Source: an uncultured Actinomycetota bacterium
GTDB lineage: Bacteria; Actinomycetota; UBA4738; HRBIN12
DNA: 64,000 nucleotides
NCBI GenBank assembly: GCA_963762745.1
Contig: CAVXMB010000005.1
Span: 146,536 to 210,535, forward strand
Direction: 5' to 3'
The position numbers were made by a program, and so were the translations under genes. Below the pieces are notes generated by a model. That model ran no database searches. It saw only the letters and a list, made by a program, of their open reading frames with translations, and was not told the origin of the DNA. Numbering within the stretch: the stretch's first letter is position 1; each line of letters begins with the position of its first letter. This document shows, piece after piece, positions 19,791 through 30,126 of this stretch.

Positions 19791-20717
19791 TCAGATCTCG
19801 AAGCGGGCGAAGTCCTCGACGGCCGAACGGCCGGTCCCCTGACGCCGGTTGAACCAACGGAGGATCAGCAGGGCCACGGTGATCGAGAGCAGCGAGAGCA
19901 GCATCATGATCGTCGCCAGCGCGTTCAGGCTCGGGTTCCCCGCGTTCCGCGCCGCGCTGTAGATCTTGATGGGGATCGTCGTGCAGTCCTGCGCGCAGAG
20001 GAACTGGCTGATCACGAAATCGTCGATCGAGATCGCGAACACGATGAAGAAGCTCGAGAGGATCGCCGGCGCGAGCAGCGGGAGCAGCACGCGCCGGAGC
20101 GCGTCCGCCGGTGACGCACCGAGGTCCATCGCGGCGTCCTCGTAGTCGCGGCCGATCGCGAAGAGGCGGCCTCTCGTCACGATCACCACGTACGAGAGCG
20201 AGAACGTCACGTGGCCGAGGAGCTGTGCCGACGTGCCCAGCCGGAAGTGGTACAGGTTCGAGAAGATCAGGAACATCGAGGCGCCCATCACGATCTCGGG
20301 CGTGACCAGCGGGAAGAGCATCAGGAAGTTCGCCGCGCCGGAGCCGCGGCCTCGCCATCGGGCGAGCCCGATGGCGAGGCCGACACCCAGGGCCGTCGCG
20401 ATCGGCATGGTCAGCAGGGCGAGCTTGAGGCTCTGCATGAGGGCCGGGAGCAACGTGTCGTCGAAGTTCTCCGACGCCTCGTTCCAGATCGCTTCGTACC
20501 ACTGCATGCTGAATCCCTGGAACGTGCTCCGTGAACGCCCGTTGTTGAACGAGAACTGGACCGCGACCAGGACGGGCGCGATCGTCCAGATGATGTAGAG
20601 CCACGTCCAGACGGAGAGGAGGCGCGGCTTCCCCCACGGGTTCGAGAAGAACGACCGGAGCCGGCCGACACGGGGCGCGGCGGTCTCTCGCGGCAGCGTC
20701 GCCTCGGCAGTCGTCAC
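19791..20717 (-). CDS. potC: Polyamine ABC transporter permease (PotC-like)
   Basis: FSFN, TPEIVMG, EDAAMDLGAS, SIDDFVIS. Confidence 0.88.
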   Translation of the reverse strand: MTTAEATLPRETAAPRVGRLRSFFSNPWGKPRLLSVWTWLYIIWTIAPVLVAVQFSFNNGRSRSTFQGFSMQWYEAIWNEASENFDDTLLPALMQSLKLALLTMPIATALGVGLAIGLARWRGRGSGAANFLMLFPLVTPEIVMGASMFLIFSNLYHFRLGTSAQLLGHVTFSLSYVVIVTRGRLFAIGRDYEDAAMDLGASPADALRRVLLPLLAPAILSSFFIVFAISIDDFVISQFLCAQDCTTIPIKIYSAARNAGNPSLNALATIMMLLSLLSITVALLILRWFNRRQGTGRSAVEDFARFEI

Positions 20718-21652
20718 CGCTGGGCCTCCTTCGCCGCCCGCGAGACGCTCACGAGGTAGTAGACCATCAGCGCGCCGATGAACGCGGACAGGAGCAGGGT
20801 GAGCGCCGCGCCCTTCGGTTGCTGGCCTTGCCCTCCCTGCAGCGCGAAGTCGATCGCGTTGCCGATCATCGTGTTCTCGGGGCTCGCCGTCATGAGGTTG
20901 GGCGTGTAGTAGTCGCCGAACATCGGCAGCGTGATGATCACGGCGCCGGCGAGGATGCCCTGCTTCGACAGGGGCAGGGTGACCCGCCAGAAGGTGCTCG
21001 CGGGACTGGCCCCCATGTCACGGGAGGCCTCCAGCTGCGACTTGTCGATCCGGTCGAGCGCCGCGTACAGGGGCAGGATGAAGAAGGGGATGTAGCCGTA
21101 GACCAAGCCCAGGATCACGGTGAGGTGGGAGACCGTGCCGCTGCTCCAATTGATCGGGTCGTTCACGAACGGGGTGAGGAGCAGGAGCCGATTGAACAGG
21201 CCGGGGTCGTCCGGCTTCACGGACAGGAGGTTCACCCAGGCCAGCATCCGCATCAGGTAGCTCATCCAGAACGGGGCGATCATCAGGGTGAGCAAGAGGA
21301 TCTTCAGCCGCCCGCCGTATCGAGCGACGTAGTACGCGACCGGGTAGCCGACGACCAGGCAGATGGCGACCGAGATCGCGACGTAGCCGAGCGTGCGGAT
21401 GAACTGCGCTTGGAGGCCGCTCGACGTGAAGAGCTCACCGGCGGTCGTCGAGAAGGTCTCGTACTGCCATTCGAGCGGGTTCCACGCCGGGATGGGGAGC
21501 CCGAAGATCTGGTCGCGGGTGCCGAACGCGACCGCCGCGATCGCGTAGAACGGCGTGATGAACAACAGGAGCAGCCACGCGATCCCCGGGGCTGCGAGCG
21601 CCGGGTAGTACCAGCGTCGTTGCCCGACGATCCCGCCCGTCGGTGTCGGCAT
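20714..21652 (-). CDS. potB: Polyamine ABC transporter permease (PotB-like)
   Basis: GYPVAY, PFWMSYLMRMLAW, YIPFFILPLY, EASRDMGA. Confidence 0.9.
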   Translation of the reverse strand: MPTPTGGIVGQRRWYYPALAAPGIAWLLLLFITPFYAIAAVAFGTRDQIFGLPIPAWNPLEWQYETFSTTAGELFTSSGLQAQFIRTLGYVAISVAICLVVGYPVAYYVARYGGRLKILLLTLMIAPFWMSYLMRMLAWVNLLSVKPDDPGLFNRLLLLTPFVNDPINWSSGTVSHLTVILGLVYGYIPFFILPLYAALDRIDKSQLEASRDMGASPASTFWRVTLPLSKQGILAGAVIITLPMFGDYYTPNLMTASPENTMIGNAIDFALQGGQGQQPKGAALTLLLSAFIGALMVYYLVSVSRAAKEAQR

Positions 21653-21662
21653 GCCCCGGAGG

Positions 21663-23006
21663 TTACGCCCCCGCCTTGAACTCCGCGTAGGCGTCCTGCC
21701 AGACCGAGTCGACCTCGATCGGGAGACCCGTCGCGCGCTTGCCGATGTCGAAGTCTTCTTCGGAGACGATGGTCGGCTTCAGGTTGTCCCAGTGGCCGCC
21801 CGCCGGAGCCTCGTAGTCCCAGACGAACCAGCCTTCGAGCCCCGGGTAGCTCTCCTCGAAGATCGTGTCCGGGTTCACGGCGCTGAACGGCACCTGGTAG
21901 CCCACCCAGGTCCAGTTCTTGATCGCGTTGAACTCGTCCATCATGAAGTTGAGGAACAGGTGCGCGAGCACCGGGTTCTTCGCGTTCGTCGGGATCGCGT
22001 ACGTGTCGTTGTCGATCGTCCCGCCGAAGCCGTCCCGAGCCGGCCAGTAGTAGCGCAGGAGACCAGCTTCCTTCTTCGGGTCGTTCGTATACCACGGGCC
22101 TGCCTGGATGTCGCCCGACCAGGACTGATGGAGGCCGAACTTGCCTTCCGGCACGCCGGAGTAGGCTCCGTCGATCGTCGTCTTGACGTCGACAAGATCG
22201 TTGAGCTCGATCAATCGGTCCTTGGCCGTGTTGATCACGGCGGGGTCGGTTTCGTCCAGGTTCGTCTGGTCCGCGAGGTCCCGGTACATCCCGAGCGACA
22301 AGGCCTCCCGGTAGACGTCGTAGATCCCGACCTTGCCGGCGTAGTCGGCGTTCCAGTAGATCTCGTACGGGTTGGACATCGCCGCGACGTCCTCTACCTC
22401 CAGGGGGACGATGTCGGTCCGCCATGCCATCCCGGTGTGGTAGATCGTGTAGGGCACCGTGTACTGCGACCCCTGGTCGTAGTACGGGTCCTGCATCACC
22501 GGCCAGAGATTCTTGATGTTCGGGATGTAGTCCTGGTTCAGTGGCTGGATCAGCTTGCTCGCCACGAGCTTGGGGATGTAGTCGATCGTGGGGAAGAACA
22601 CGTCCACGTCGACCTCACCCGTCTGGAACTTCTGGATCGCCTGCTCCATGTTGTAGAAGGTCTCGTACTTGACCTCCACGTTGTATTTCTTGCCGAAGTC
22701 CTTCAGCACGCGCTTCCAGATGTACTGCTCCCAGTTGTAGACCACGAGCGGCCCCGCCTCGGGCTCGAGGTTGGAGTCGATCGGCGGGTTGTCCTCGTAC
22801 GTCTGCAGCGTGACGGGGTTGTCCAGCGTGCCGAACCGCGGGGTGATGTCCTCGCCGTCGGGCGGAGGGTTGGTCCCACCGTCATCGCTGCAGGCCGCCA
22901 AGATCGCCGCCGAGGTGGGCAGAGCCACTCCTGCTGCGAGCGATCGACGGAGGAAATCGCGCCTCGAAACGTTCCGGTACGAAGGATCGCGCGGGTGGAA
23001 GACCAT
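21663..23006 (-). CDS. potD: Polyamine ABC substrate-binding lipoprotein (Tat signal)
   Basis: SRRDFLR Tat motif, LAAC lipobox, YNWEQYI, WSGD, NPVLAHLFLNF; GAGGAGG RBS. Confidence 0.88.
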   Translation of the reverse strand: MVFHPRDPSYRNVSRRDFLRRSLAAGVALPTSAAILAACSDDGGTNPPPDGEDITPRFGTLDNPVTLQTYEDNPPIDSNLEPEAGPLVVYNWEQYIWKRVLKDFGKKYNVEVKYETFYNMEQAIQKFQTGEVDVDVFFPTIDYIPKLVASKLIQPLNQDYIPNIKNLWPVMQDPYYDQGSQYTVPYTIYHTGMAWRTDIVPLEVEDVAAMSNPYEIYWNADYAGKVGIYDVYREALSLGMYRDLADQTNLDETDPAVINTAKDRLIELNDLVDVKTTIDGAYSGVPEGKFGLHQSWSGDIQAGPWYTNDPKKEAGLLRYYWPARDGFGGTIDNDTYAIPTNAKNPVLAHLFLNFMMDEFNAIKNWTWVGYQVPFSAVNPDTIFEESYPGLEGWFVWDYEAPAGGHWDNLKPTIVSEEDFDIGKRATGLPIEVDSVWQDAYAEFKAGA

Positions 23007-23240
23007 GACACCCTCCTCGCCTCTCTGGGGCATGAGTTGAACGCCGGTTCAGGAGGCTATCCCAGCCGACGGGGAACGCGCAAGGCAGCACGGGCCGGGG
23101 TCCTCCTCATGGGGATACGAGTGGGTGGGCCCCGAGGCTTGCCTTGGGGGTCGAGGCTGGTCCCCTCCGAGACCGGCCCTCGCGAGCGCTCCGCGGGCTG
23201 AGACTCCGCTAGCATCCGCGCGATCCGCCGGAGGGAGACG

Positions 23241-24062
23241 ATGAGCGAAGCGGTCTTGCTGGTCGAGGACGTCGGTCCTGTTCGCCGCCTCACGATGAAC
23301 CGTCCTGGGTCGCTGAACGCCCTCAACCAGGAGCTGGTCGGCGCGATGTCGAGTGCGCTCGACGAGGCCGCAGCCGACGACGACGTCCGCGTCTTGATCC
23401 TCCGAGGGGCGGGGAGAGCCTTCAGCGCCGGGTACGACCTGAACGAGGATGCGACCGGCGGCGTGCTGGACGCTCGCCGCTGGCACGAAGACCTCAGGCA
23501 CTCCACCGAGGAGATGCTCAAGTTCCTGGACCATCCGAAGCCCGTCATCGCATCCGTGCACTCCTACTGCCTCGCCGGCGGCACCGATCTGATGCTGGCC
23601 TGTGATCTCGCGGTCGCCGCCGATGACGCGTACTTCGGCTACGTCGACGTCCGGTTCGGCTCGGGGGTCGTGTCGATGCTGCTCCCGTGGGTCGTCGGTC
23701 TCCGCCGGGCGAAGGAGCTGCTGTTCACGGGCGAGGATCGCGTCACCGCCGAGGAGGCCCTGCGAATCGGGCTCGTCAACCGGGTGGTCCCTCGTGACCA
23801 GCTGGACGACGCCACCCTGCAGCTCGCGGAGTCGATCGCGAAGAACGAGCCGTTCGTCGTGCAGACGACCAAGCGAGCCGTGAACCGCGCGTGGGACGTG
23901 GCCGGGTTCCGCGCGGCGATGGCCGCGAACACCGAGCTCGATGTGATGATCGAGACGGCCAACCTTCCGGCGCGCGACGAATTCCGCCGGATCACCACGG
24001 AGCAGGGACTCAAGGCCGCGATCGCCTGGCGTGACGCCAGGTTCCGAGGCGACGCAGGATGA
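23241..24062 (+). CDS. Enoyl-CoA hydratase/isomerase (crotonase) family protein
   Basis: NRPGSLNAL, AFSAGYDL, KPVIASVH..CLAGG, AEEALRIGLVN. Confidence 0.92.
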   Translation: MSEAVLLVEDVGPVRRLTMNRPGSLNALNQELVGAMSSALDEAAADDDVRVLILRGAGRAFSAGYDLNEDATGGVLDARRWHEDLRHSTEEMLKFLDHPKPVIASVHSYCLAGGTDLMLACDLAVAADDAYFGYVDVRFGSGVVSMLLPWVVGLRRAKELLFTGEDRVTAEEALRIGLVNRVVPRDQLDDATLQLAESIAKNEPFVVQTTKRAVNRAWDVAGFRAAMAANTELDVMIETANLPARDEFRRITTEQGLKAAIAWRDARFRGDAG

Positions 24063-24957
24063 CCTCGTCGCCTCGGATCGATCCCCTCGCGGGATCGCGG
24101 CGCTCGCGGTGATCTTCGGGCTCTTCGCCGCATTGGGGTGGGGGCTCGCCGACTTCTTCGGCGCCCTGGCGGGACGCCGGATCGGCGCGATCAGCGCCGT
24201 GGTGGCGGGTCAGGTGCTGTCGGCGGTGTTCATCACGGCGGTGCTCGTCGCCACCGGCGAGTCGGTCGAACCGTTGGGCGCCGACATCTGGCTCGTCGTG
24301 TTGAACGGTGCGGTGGCGGCGCTCGCGTATACGACCCACTACAAGGCGCTCGAACTGGGACCGGTCGCCGTCGTCTCGCCGATCGGTGCGGGATACGCCT
24401 TGGTGGGCGTCGCCCTCGCCGTGCTGATCCTCGGCGAGCGCCCCACCGGACTCGCGCTCATCGGTGCAGCGGTCGCGGTCGTCGGTGTGGCGCTCGTCTC
24501 GACCGATCTCAAGAAGCTGCGCCAGGGCATCGAGAACCGCCTCCCCGGTCTGCCCTGGGCCGTGGTGGCGGCGATCAGCTTCGGCGTCGCGGGGTTCCTC
24601 CTCGGCTGGATCTCGGATCGAGCGGGCTGGATCCCGGGGCTCTGGGGATCCCGGGTGTCCCAGGTCGTGTTCTACCTGCCGCTGTTCTTCGTCTTCCGAC
24701 GCGAGCTCTCGCGGGTTCGCCTCGGCTTCGGTCTGTGGATCGCGCTCCTCGCCGGCGCCGGCGACATCCTCGGGGTCGTGATGTTCTCCGCCGGCTCGGA
24801 GCGCGGCCTCAACTCGATCGTGCTCGCCGCGAGTGCCGTCTTCCCGCTGATCGCGGTAACCCTGTCGGTGATCGTCTTCAAGGAACGGCTCGTCGCGAAC
24901 CAGCTGGTCGGCGTCGTCCTGGTCGTCGGCGGTCTCCTCCTGTTGGGCCTCGGCTGA
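24059..24957 (+). CDS. EamA/DMT family transporter (probable 1-nt deletion near 24092; alternative in-frame GTG start at 24109)
   Basis: WGLADFFG, YKALELGPVAVVSPI, LGERP, FKERL; ATG at 24059 overlaps the upstream TGA. Confidence 0.85.
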
Positions 24958-24966
24958 CCCGACGGG

Positions 24967-26532
24967 CTACCGAACATCTACCCAGAGGGTGTTCTCCTCT
25001 TCGTCTACGCCGATCGCCCGGATCGGGGCCTCGACCGACAGCTCCTCGACCTGACGCGTCTCTCGATCGATGCGGCGGATGATGCCATCCTCGTCTCCCA
25101 CCCAGATCGCTCCGAGTCCGACCGCCAGGGAGGTGGGATCCTCTCCCACGCGGATCTGCGGTCCTCTCTGACCGCCCAAGATCGGCGTGACCAACCCGGC
25201 GTTCTGAGTAAGAACCCATAGGTCGGAGCCGTCCAACTCCAGGATGTCGGCGCCACCCGGTATCTCCAATGGGTCGGCCGGCTCCATGGTCTCAGGGTCG
25301 AAGCGAGTGACTGTTCCTTCGAGGACGTCGCTGGTCCACACGGCTCCAGATCCCGCCGCGATCGCATCGATCGGCGAGAGATCCTTCGTCCGGTTCACGC
25401 GACCGGTCCTCGGATCGAAGCGGAGGAGCTCCCCGTCCGATGTCCCGACCCACACGTAACCGGCACCGATCGTCACATCGGTCGTCCACGAGATGACCGG
25501 ACCGCGCTGTAACGAAGCGACGGATCTGACCTCGCGTGTCCCCGGATGAACCCGTAGCAACTCACGGTCCGTCATCAGCCAGATCGCGTCGTATCCAGAC
25601 GCGATGTTGATCGAGATCGGATTACCTCTCCCGATCGCGGCCCGGCCTCCTTCGTCATCGTCGACGGGATCCACGTGGATCAGCTGATCCCGTCGGATCA
25701 CCCAAACGCCACCCTGTCCGACGACCAGCGGATGCGCGGTGTGCCGAACGGTCCTCGCCTCCTGGAGTGGCCGGACCGAGATCTCCGACAAGGTCCGACC
25801 CGACGCCGGATCTACCTCCAAGAGCGCCCCCGGTGCGGGCGCTTCCGCCCGGGGGGGCGGAGTTCCTGCCTCATCGCCACGCAGCAGCAGCGTCGCCCCG
25901 ATCGTGACGATGCCCACAGCGACGATGCCGGCGAGCCAGACCCGTTGGCGAACGTCACCCTTCCGGCGGGGAACCTCCAACGTGCGAAGGCGTTCGGCTG
26001 CGTCCGCCGCTGGTAACGGCCCGGCACGCGTGCTCCCGTCGACGCCGGTCACTGCCCAGACCTGCCAGGTGCCGGGTACGCCCTTCAGCTCGTGCGCGGA
26101 GAAGTCCTCGAAAGAGAATCCGGCGCCCGTCGCGAGCTCTTTCGTTGTGCTCGACACGAGGATCTCTCCGGCCGTTGCGAGCGACATGACGCGCGAACCG
26201 ATCACCACCGCGATCCCCTGGGTCTTCCCGTCGACCCGCTCGGTCTCGCCGGTGTGGATCCCGCTGCGGATCTCGATGCCCAGTTCTCGGATGGCGTCCG
26301 AGAGAGCGCACGCGCACCTGATCGCCTGGGCTGGCTCGGGGAACGTGGCGAAGAAGCCGTCGCCCGCCCGATCTTCCTCGCGTCCGCCGTGGCGGCGCAG
26401 GAGACCGGTCACGATCCGATTGAACCTCGAGATCAGTTCGCGGAAGCGAGCGTCGCCCAGCTCCGACGCGACCTGCGTCGAGCCTACGATGTCGAGGAAC
26501 AGAACCGTCGCGGTTCGGCGGCTTGCCGGCAT
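24967..26532 (-). CDS. Class III adenylate/guanylate cyclase with a TM helix and a C-terminal beta-propeller-like extracellular domain
   Basis: TVLFLDIVGST, GDGFFATF, IRSGIHTGE, ELKGVPG; TM WLAGIVAVGIVTIGATLLL; repeated G.GAVWV-type units. Confidence 0.88.
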   Translation of the reverse strand: MPASRRTATVLFLDIVGSTQVASELGDARFRELISRFNRIVTGLLRRHGGREEDRAGDGFFATFPEPAQAIRCACALSDAIRELGIEIRSGIHTGETERVDGKTQGIAVVIGSRVMSLATAGEILVSSTTKELATGAGFSFEDFSAHELKGVPGTWQVWAVTGVDGSTRAGPLPAADAAERLRTLEVPRRKGDVRQRVWLAGIVAVGIVTIGATLLLRGDEAGTPPPRAEAPAPGALLEVDPASGRTLSEISVRPLQEARTVRHTAHPLVVGQGGVWVIRRDQLIHVDPVDDDEGGRAAIGRGNPISINIASGYDAIWLMTDRELLRVHPGTREVRSVASLQRGPVISWTTDVTIGAGYVWVGTSDGELLRFDPRTGRVNRTKDLSPIDAIAAGSGAVWTSDVLEGTVTRFDPETMEPADPLEIPGGADILELDGSDLWVLTQNAGLVTPILGGQRGPQIRVGEDPTSLAVGLGAIWVGDEDGIIRRIDRETRQVEELSVEAPIRAIGVDEEENTLWVDVR

Positions 26533-26589
26533 CGGCCGAGTATGGGGGGGCCGGCTCGGGTGCTCAAGGGAGACGGACCATGGCCGAGC

Positions 26590-28242
26590 TCACCCCTGGT
26601 GCCGGTAGAACTCGACCTTCTCCGCCTCGAGGGGCGTGTTCCCGAGGATCAGGTCCGCGGCCTTTTCAGCCAGCATCATCACGGGGGCGTAGATGTTGCC
26701 GTTGGTCACGTACGGCATCGACGACGCGTCGACGACGCGCAATCCCTCCAGCCCGTGCACCTTCATCGTGAGCGGGTCCACGACGGACCGGTCGTCGATG
26801 CCCATCCGGCACGTGCACGAGGGATGCAACGCCGTCTCGCCGTCCCGGCGCACCCAATCCAGCACCTGCTCGTCGGTCTCCACCTGCGGCCCGGGGGAGA
26901 GCTCGCCGCCGTCGAACGGAGCGAACGCCGGCTGCGACAGGATCGTCCGTGCGACCTGGATCGCTTCGACCCACTCCCGCCGGTCCTGCTCGGTCGACAG
27001 GTAGTTGAATCGGAGGGCCGGGTGCACCCGGGGATCGATGCTCGCGATCTTCACCGAGCCCCGTGCATCGGAGTACATCGGTCCGATGTGCACCTGGTAG
27101 CCGTGATCCCCGGCCGGGGCCGACCCGTCGTAGCGCACGGCGACCGGAAGGAAGTGGAACATCAGGTTCGGGTAGGCGACCTCGTCGTTGCTCCGGGCGA
27201 AGCCGCCTGCCTCGAAATGGTTCGTCGCGCCGAGCCCCGAGCGGAAGAACAGCCATTGCGCACCGATGAACGGCTTGCGCCAAAGCTTCAGTCCCGGGGC
27301 GACCGAGACGGGCTGCGTGCACGCGTGCTGCACGTACACCTCCAGGTGATCCTGGAGGTGTTCGCCGACCCCCGGGACGTCGCGCACCACCTCCACGCCG
27401 AGCGCGCGGAGCTCGTCGGCGTTGCCGACACCCGAGAGCTGCAGGGTCTGGGGAGAGTTGATGGCGCCGCCGCACATGATCACTTCCCCTGCGCGGACGC
27501 GCCGGGTCGGGCCCCTGCCACGGGAGTACTCGACGCCCACCGCCCGGGTTCCCTCGAACAGGACCTTGTTGACGAACGCGTGCGTACGCACGTCGAGGTT
27601 CGGTCGGCTCGACACGGGATGCAGGTAGGCGCGGGCGGCTGACAGCCGGCGCCCACGGTGCACGTTCCGGTCGAACGGCGCGAAGCCCTCCTGGCGATAC
27701 CCGTTGACGTCGTCGGTGAGGGGATAGCCGGCCTGCTGCACGGCTTCGAAGAACGCGCCGAACAACGGACTCTTGGCCGGTCCTCGCTCGAGGACCAGTG
27801 GGCCGCTGTGCCCTCGATACTCGTCGGCGGGCTCCGCCGCGAGGCAGCTCTCCATGCGCCGGAAGTACGGCAGGCAATGCGCGTAGTCCCACGTCTCCAT
27901 GCCCGGGTCCGCCGCCCACCGCTCGTAGTCGAGCGGGTTGCCGCGCTGGAAGATCATCCCGTTGATGCTGCTCGACCCGCCGAGGACCTTGCCGCGCGCG
28001 TGATAGATGCGACGCCCGCCCATGTGCGGCTCGGGCTCGGACTCGTACTTCCAGTCGTACCAGCTCCACCCGATCGGGTAGGTGAGCGCCGCCGGCATGT
28101 GGATGAAGACGTCCCAGATGTAGTCGGGACGGCCTGCCTCCAGGACCAGCACCTTGTTCGAGGGATCAGTGGTGAGCCGATTCGCGAGCACGCAGCCGGC
28201 CGAACCGCCGCCGACGATCACGTAGTCGAACGCCCGCTCCAT
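26590..28242 (-). CDS. betA: Choline dehydrogenase
   Basis: [64 protein letters not shown]. Confidence 0.93.
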   Translation of the reverse strand: MERAFDYVIVGGGSAGCVLANRLTTDPSNKVLVLEAGRPDYIWDVFIHMPAALTYPIGWSWYDWKYESEPEPHMGGRRIYHARGKVLGGSSSINGMIFQRGNPLDYERWAADPGMETWDYAHCLPYFRRMESCLAAEPADEYRGHSGPLVLERGPAKSPLFGAFFEAVQQAGYPLTDDVNGYRQEGFAPFDRNVHRGRRLSAARAYLHPVSSRPNLDVRTHAFVNKVLFEGTRAVGVEYSRGRGPTRRVRAGEVIMCGGAINSPQTLQLSGVGNADELRALGVEVVRDVPGVGEHLQDHLEVYVQHACTQPVSVAPGLKLWRKPFIGAQWLFFRSGLGATNHFEAGGFARSNDEVAYPNLMFHFLPVAVRYDGSAPAGDHGYQVHIGPMYSDARGSVKIASIDPRVHPALRFNYLSTEQDRREWVEAIQVARTILSQPAFAPFDGGELSPGPQVETDEQVLDWVRRDGETALHPSCTCRMGIDDRSVVDPLTMKVHGLEGLRVVDASSMPYVTNGNIYAPVMMLAEKAADLILGNTPLEAEKVEFYRHQG

Positions 28243-28309
28243 CGGGGGACAGTGTGTCGCAAAGGGCCGCCAGGCGCTCGCGCGGGAACTGCGCTAGCGT
28301 GCTGGCGCG

Positions 28310-29077
28310 ATGGACGGCCCGTCCCCTACCGCCAGCGACACGTTCGAGATCTCGGTGGGTGCCGTTCGGGAGGCGAACGCCCGCGGGATCCCACTGAAGC
28401 TCCTCGGCGGACAGGCGGTCCGTGTGCTCTGTCCCTCCTTCCCGCACCGAGCGCGCGACGGTCAGGACATGGACTTCGCCTGCATCTCGTCCAAGAAGCG
28501 TGACGTGATCGCGTTCTTCGGCGAGCAGGGATTCCTCAGCGATCAGCGCTTCAACACGCTCCACGGCGATCGGCAGATGTACTTCACCACCGCCGACGGC
28601 GCGACCTCGGTCGACGTGGTCATGGACCGGCTCCGCATGTGCCATGAGCTCGAGTTCGGTTCACGGATCGACCGGATGCCCGACACGCTCGACGTCGCCG
28701 ACCTCTTGCTGACGAAGCTCCAGATCTTCGAGCTCAATCGGAAGGACGTGCACGACATCCTCCACCTCTTCTCGGGTTACTCGGTGGCCGAAGGCGATGA
28801 GCCGGGCACGATCGGGACCGACAGGGTGGGCAAGATCGTCGGGGAGGACTGGGGGTGGTGGCGCACCGTCACGATGAACCTGGAGAAGGTCATCCTCTAC
28901 GCGGAGGGGCGTCCACCGGATCTCGTCCCGGAGGATCCTCCGTTCGACCCGTCCGCGCAGGCCATCGCCCTGCTCGACGCGTGCAACGCGGCGCCGAAGA
29001 CCCTGAAGTGGAAGATGCGGGCGAAGGTGGGCGACCGGGTCCAGTGGTACGAGCTCCCGGAGGAGGTCGGCCACTGA
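28310..29077 (+). CDS. Uncharacterised Pol-beta superfamily nucleotidyltransferase (AbiEii/DUF1814/DUF2204-like)
   Basis: LLGGQAV...R...DMDF (GG plus DxD), third carboxylate strand VDVV, LLLTKL, RKDVHD; Trp-rich tail DWGWWRT / W.E.PEE. Confidence 0.72.
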   Translation: MDGPSPTASDTFEISVGAVREANARGIPLKLLGGQAVRVLCPSFPHRARDGQDMDFACISSKKRDVIAFFGEQGFLSDQRFNTLHGDRQMYFTTADGATSVDVVMDRLRMCHELEFGSRIDRMPDTLDVADLLLTKLQIFELNRKDVHDILHLFSGYSVAEGDEPGTIGTDRVGKIVGEDWGWWRTVTMNLEKVILYAEGRPPDLVPEDPPFDPSAQAIALLDACNAAPKTLKWKMRAKVGDRVQWYELPEEVGH

Positions 29078-29150
29078 CGGGAGCGCCGTTGCCCTGCCCG
29101 GCATCCGTCCTGGCTTGCGTGCCGGAGGCTCCGGGGTCAAGATTCCCCCG

Positions 29151-30095
29151 GTGAAGATCTTCTTCGTGACCGACCTCCATGGGTCGGAGATCTGCTGGAA
29201 GAAGTTCCTGAACGCCGGGTCGTTCTACGGCGCGGACGTCGTCATCCTCGGCGGCGACGTCACGGGCAAGGCCATGGTCCCGATCGTCCAGCGGGCGAAC
29301 GGCACGTGGGAAGCCTCCCTCCAGGACCATCGGGACACCCTCGAGTCCGAGGACGCGATCGTCGAGTTCGAGAAGCGCGTGATGGACCGCGGGTACTACC
29401 CGATCCGGGTCTCCGACCAGGAGTACGTCGCGATGCAGGAGGACGAGGACCTCGTCGACAAGCGGTTCAAGGAGGTCATGCTCGACGGCACCGAGCGGTG
29501 GATCGCGATGGCGGAGGAGAAGCTCGCCGGCACCGGGATCCGGGTGATCGCGTGTCCGGCCAACGACGACATGTTCGAGATCGACGACCTGCTGACCGGC
29601 GCCCAGGTGGTCGAGACCGGCGACGAGGAGCACCCGATCCGGCTGGGCGACTTCACGATGGTCTCGATGGGATGGACGAACCCGACGCCTTGGCACACGT
29701 TCCGCGAGGCGGAGGAGCCGGAGTTGGCGACGCGGATCGATCGAGCACTCGAGGCGGCGACGGATCCGGAGACGACGATCTTCAACTTCCACGCGCCGCC
29801 CTACGGATCCAAGCTCGACAACGCGCCGGCCTTGAACCCCGATCTCACCTACGTGTCGGGGGGCCAGGCGATCCGACCGGTCGGGTCGACCGCCGTGCAC
29901 GAATCGATCAAGCGGTTCCAGCCGCTGCTGTCGCTCCATGGGCACATCCACGAGAGCAAAGGCTCGACAAGGATCGGGAAGACGCTGGCGCTGAACCCTG
30001 GGAGCTCCTACGAGGAGGGGATCTTGCAGGCGGCCGTGGTGAACATCGACGAGAAGAAGCGGAAGGTCAAGAACTACCAACTGGTGAACGGCTAG
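29151..30095 (+). CDS. Calcineurin-like (Icc-related) metallophosphoesterase 1
   Basis: TDLHG, GGD, PANDD, FHAPPY, HGHIHE, NPGS. Confidence 0.9.
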   Translation: MKIFFVTDLHGSEICWKKFLNAGSFYGADVVILGGDVTGKAMVPIVQRANGTWEASLQDHRDTLESEDAIVEFEKRVMDRGYYPIRVSDQEYVAMQEDEDLVDKRFKEVMLDGTERWIAMAEEKLAGTGIRVIACPANDDMFEIDDLLTGAQVVETGDEEHPIRLGDFTMVSMGWTNPTPWHTFREAEEPELATRIDRALEAATDPETTIFNFHAPPYGSKLDNAPALNPDLTYVSGGQAIRPVGSTAVHESIKRFQPLLSLHGHIHESKGSTRIGKTLALNPGSSYEEGILQAAVVNIDEKKRKVKNYQLVNG

Positions 30096-30126
30096 ACGGC
30101 CGTTCCGAACCCTGGAGGGGGTGCAG

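Noticed and set aside
28310-29077. Classical type IV toxin-antitoxin (AbiE) or CBASS defence locus
   Set aside because: No AbiEi-like HTH antitoxin or CBASS effector is adjacent, GC is host-like and the context is metabolic. Kept only as a fold analogy.
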